Positions 60,417-64,000 of a stretch of DNA of 64,000 bases are shown piece after piece. The DNA is from an uncultured Dehalococcoidales bacterium (GTDB taxonomy: Bacteria; Chloroflexota; Dehalococcoidia; Dehalococcoidales; UBA5760), in NCBI GenBank assembly GCA_964472625.1, contig CAYYLM010000004.1:27422-91421 (forward strand), written 5' to 3'. How positions within the stretch are numbered: position 1 is the stretch's first letter; each line of letters opens with the position of its first letter. Under the pieces are notes generated by a model, which ran no database searches, was not told the DNA's origin, and saw only the letters and a program-made list of their open reading frames with translations. The position numbers and the translations under genes are program-made.

Positions 60417-61349
60417 ATGGATGATTCGGTCTTAAAATCAAAGTTCCTCGGGGCCTTAGTGGGCACCGGCCTCGGCGATGCTTTGGGGGCACCCTTTGAA
60501 GGACGCCGCCAGGTTAAGCCCGAAGAAATTGACTGGATAGTGGAGAGACTTGAGACCCTGACCTATACCGATGATACCCACATGATGATTGGTATCGCTG
60601 AGTCTTTGGTGAGAGCCGGGGGCTTTGACGGCGCCGACATGGCCCATACCTTTGCCCATAATTACGAGCTTGAGCCCTGGCGCGGTTACGGACCAGGGCC
60701 ACCACGCATTTTTCGGTTGATAAGGGCTGGTGGCGCCTGGGATAAAGTGGCTCAAGGGCTATACCGCAGCGGTTCTTACGGAAATGGTGCTGCCATGCGG
60801 ATCGCCCCAATAGGTGTCCTTTACCATAACAATTTACCGCTGCTAACCGAAATCGCCCACAAATCAAGCCAGATTACCCATGCGCACACGCTAGGTAAGG
60901 AAGGGGCCGCCCTAGAAGCCTGTGCGATCGCCTTGGCAACAAGCCTTAGTCCAGGAGAAACCTTTGACCGGGGTGACTTCCTTAAAAAGCTAATGAATTA
61001 TGCCTCAGACCAAGTCTACAAAGAGAAACTGGCTCGGATACCAGCCCTTTTGGATTACCCGGATAAGGATAGGGCTATTAGTGAGCTGGGGAATGGCATC
61101 GAAGCCTTTAACTCAGTACCGACGGCGATATATTCTTTCTTAGCCCAGCCTAGTTCTTTTGCCGAGGCTGTCCGCTCTGCCATCAGCCTAGGAGGCGATG
61201 CCGACACGATTGGAGCCACGACCGGGGCTATCTCCGGGGCCTATCTTGGCATTAGCGCCATACCCGATAGCTGGCGGAGCAAACTTGAAAATGGCCAGTA
61301 TATCGAGGAACTAGCCGAGAAGCTTAAATCAGGCAGTAGAGAGTCTTAA
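60417..61349 (+). CDS. ADP-ribosylglycohydrolase family protein (DraG/ARH-like)
   Basis: 310 aa. GLGDALGAPFEG, YTDDT and GGDADTIGATTGAISGAYLG motifs. Confidence 0.88.
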   Translation: MDDSVLKSKFLGALVGTGLGDALGAPFEGRRQVKPEEIDWIVERLETLTYTDDTHMMIGIAESLVRAGGFDGADMAHTFAHNYELEPWRGYGPGPPRIFRLIRAGGAWDKVAQGLYRSGSYGNGAAMRIAPIGVLYHNNLPLLTEIAHKSSQITHAHTLGKEGAALEACAIALATSLSPGETFDRGDFLKKLMNYASDQVYKEKLARIPALLDYPDKDRAISELGNGIEAFNSVPTAIYSFLAQPSSFAEAVRSAISLGGDADTIGATTGAISGAYLGISAIPDSWRSKLENGQYIEELAEKLKSGSRES

Positions 61350-61390
61350 TCTAATAGGCTTCTCTTTGGTTGAGCTACAGCTTCTACCAT

Positions 61391-62527
61391 TTACTTTGTA
61401 CCCAGCTCGGAATGGACACGGAGAAAACCCGTCAGGCTCTCACGGGTAACTAGCCCCATAACCCGGCCCTCGCTTACGACCAGTACCTGGTTGATACCAC
61501 TCTCATTCATCCGTTCCAGTATGCTTAAAGCATTCTCGCTAGCTTGAGCTACCCTAAGCTGGTCACGGGAGGTCATGATGTCTTTCACCCGGGTCACCCC
61601 CCAATCCTGACGGGAGACAGCCTTAATATTATCTAGAGTCAAAACACCCTCGAACCCCCCTTCACCAGCCACCATAAAAAGCCGATGCCCGGTGGGGAAG
61701 ATGTGCTCCTCAACCAAACGACTGAGGGTGATATCGGGAGGAATCACCGGATAGCTAGAGGTCATTACCTGAGCCGCGGTAAACTGGCGGAGAGTCTCCC
61801 GCCATTCGGTCTGCCGGTAGCTGGTTTGAGCCGCATTCCGCAGGAACCAGCCAATAAAAGCTATCCACACCCCGCTGAACCAGTTCAAATCAAAGGGCGA
61901 CAGGCCGAATAGAGAGAGCACGACGATGCTAATCCCGGCACCAATAAAGAAATAACCGACCCCCTGTCCCACCCTGGTAGCAATCCGGGTGGAACGCCGG
62001 AAGTCACCGCTACGGCGCCAGACGGCGGCCCGGAAGAGACGACCGCCATCCAGCGGAAAACCAGGGATTAGATTAAAGACGGCCAGGGCAAAATTCATAA
62101 TCATTAGCCACCAAACCATGTCGGCTACCTGGGGCGGCATACCCTGACCCAGAACTCTCAATATTGAGAGGCATATCCCCCCGATCACCGCACTACAGAT
62201 TGGACCAGCGGCGGCCATCTTGAGCTCAGCTTTAGGGTGAGCGGCCTCCCGGGTCATCATGGCTAGGCCACCAAAGATAAAAAGGGTAATACTGATCACC
62301 GGAATACCATTGGCCCGACCCACCAGACTGTGAGCCAACTCATGAGCCACCACCGAGGCAAAGAAAAGTAAACCGGTAGCGATGCCAATAGCCCAGGCAA
62401 AAGGGGAAGACCACTCAGGGGAGACCAGAGCCAGCGTGAGCAAAGCAAATATCAGGAACCAGCTGTAGTGAAGCCTCAGCTGGATACCAAAAATCTTGCC
62501 GAGATTAACTGCGCCACCCATTTCCAA
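61391..62527 (-). CDS. Site-2 protease family (M50) zinc metalloprotease with a C-terminal CBS pair
   Basis: 378 aa. HELAHSLV HExxH motif within TM helices, NLIPGFPLDGG, and CBS domains at the C-terminus. Confidence 0.85.
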   Translation of the reverse strand: MEMGGAVNLGKIFGIQLRLHYSWFLIFALLTLALVSPEWSSPFAWAIGIATGLLFFASVVAHELAHSLVGRANGIPVISITLFIFGGLAMMTREAAHPKAELKMAAAGPICSAVIGGICLSILRVLGQGMPPQVADMVWWLMIMNFALAVFNLIPGFPLDGGRLFRAAVWRRSGDFRRSTRIATRVGQGVGYFFIGAGISIVVLSLFGLSPFDLNWFSGVWIAFIGWFLRNAAQTSYRQTEWRETLRQFTAAQVMTSSYPVIPPDITLSRLVEEHIFPTGHRLFMVAGEGGFEGVLTLDNIKAVSRQDWGVTRVKDIMTSRDQLRVAQASENALSILERMNESGINQVLVVSEGRVMGLVTRESLTGFLRVHSELGTK

Positions 62528-62635
62528 TCAATATATGGTTTATATTATACCCTAACAACTGGCACTATCGACACTACTCGCAAGAAAACGAACACGATAA
62601 GACAATCTTTGGACTCCAGACCTTTTTAGTGCCAA

Positions 62636-63858
62636 TTAGCTAGCCAGCACCTTCCTCAGCTCAAATAGAGCTGCCGCTACCACCCAACGCCTCACCCGAG
62701 CTCGACTGCCGGGGTAACTACTGGTAACCACATGTTTATTCTTGCCGTAAGCCACTCCGATGTAAAAAGTGCCAAACAGTCTCCTCTCAGCCTCACCCAA
62801 CTCATCCTCTCCGGTTACCCCAATGCCAATAGCCGCCCCCAACCGTGACCGGGCTACCTCAGCCATCGCCAGTGCCATCTGGGCACTTTCCCGACCAGAC
62901 CCAGCGATAAACTGATAATCAACCCCATAGGCCACCCGAGCTTCATCAGAGCCAGCCACCAAGCCGCCCTTGAAATACGGTGCCGCCTCGGGAGACTCAC
63001 TAATGGTAGCCGAAAGTAAGCCACCGGTATAGCTCTCCATTACCGCCAGGGTCAGCTTCCTTTCTGCCAAGAGGCACCCGACAACAGCCGGCAGGGTGTC
63101 ACTATCCACCCCCCAGATGTAATCACCCAGTATCTTTCTTAGCTCGGCTTCAAACGGGGTAATCATCTCCCCGGCTTCTTTTTCATCCCCAGCCTTAGCT
63201 GTCAGGCGGAGATAGATACCGTCCGCCTTAGCATAAACACCCAGGGTAGGATTGGCTGAAGATAGCCTGGGAGCAACCATCTCAGCCACCTGGGCCTCTG
63301 GTAAGCCAAAAAGCTTAATCACCCGGGAAATAATTACCCCACCTATTTGGGGGCGTAAGCGGGACAGAACCCGGTTTTGCCACATAGGTTGCATTTCCCT
63401 AGGGGGACCGGGCATGGCGACCAGGATATGGGAGTCCTTTTCCACCCACCAGCCAGGGGCTGTCCCGCTGGGATTGGGAATTGCCTCCGCCGAGGGAATG
63501 ATGGTCGCCTGTTTAAGATTAGTGAGCGGCATCTCCCTGCCCAGACGGGCAAAAAACTCCCTTAACTCACGCTCTAAAGCAGGAACGGGCTTTAGCTTCT
63601 CCCCCAATAGCTCGGCAATTGCCTCACGGGTTATGTCATCCTCAGTAGGCCCCAAGCCGCCGGTAGTCAGGATGAGGTCAGAGCGTTGCCAGGCACGCTT
63701 AAGCACCTTTACCAGCCGTGCCTGGTTATCACCCACCTGGGAAATCCAGTAGAGGTCTATCCCCAGCGCGGGTAGCTCAGCCGCCAGAAATGGGGCATTG
63801 GTATCGGTTATTTCCCCCAAAAGGAGTTCCGTGCCAATTGAGATAATCTCAGCTCTCA

Positions 63859-63859
<1 letters not shown>
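62636..63859 (-). CDS. cinA: CinA-family competence/damage-inducible protein (MoCF-binding domain plus nicotinamide-nucleotide amidase domain)
   Basis: 407 aa. N-terminal IISIGTELLLGEITDTN ... TGGLGPTEDD, and a C-terminal PncC-like domain. Confidence 0.9.

Positions 63860-64000
<141 letters not shown>

Overview
Most likely a chromosomal segment from an anaerobic Chloroflexota bacterium of the Dehalococcoidia type. That assignment is inferred from gene content and from the pth-ligA / DUF1015-serA-aminotransferase-tyrS-ribF synteny, and no database search was possible. The window alternates between conserved core blocks and visibly AT-richer accessory stretches.

Core block 1 (1-9180, minus strand) is a Wood-Ljungdahl / CODH-ACS accessory cluster. 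It contains cooS (partial, missed by the ORF track), acsD, a 78-aa unknown ORF, folD, cooC/acsF, the RACo-type corrinoid activase, fhs and a second cooC.

Core block 2 (10.4-24.3 kb) is housekeeping: ybeY, pth, ligA, serA, tyrS, ribF and neighbours.

The accessory stretches (about 24.6-34.3, 39.8-42.8 and 50.4-53.5 kb) hold several features:
- small peptides behind near-consensus sigma-70 promoters
- a three-copy intergenic repeat that follows cassette-like genes
- an ECF sigma / DUF5667 anti-sigma cluster with small secreted Gly/Asp/Pro-repeat peptides
- an OpuC-type osmoprotectant ABC transporter
- tRNA-Thr(CGU)
- a MarR regulator
- several decayed or frameshifted ORFs

The most interesting locus is a minus-strand operon at 42.8-50.7 kb. 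It encodes a 1536-aa multi-PAS histidine kinase, a receiver, a receiver-HD-GYP phosphodiesterase, an orphan PilT-family ATPase and another receiver, and no other pilus gene is present in the window. A mosaic paralogous kinase-receiver pair lies at 55.2-57.3 kb.

No CRISPR array, rRNA, transposase or integrase was recognised. Everything comes from reading the sequence and ORF translations by eye. Coordinates of small hand-counted features may be off by 1-2 nt, and family assignments rest on recognised motifs, not searches.
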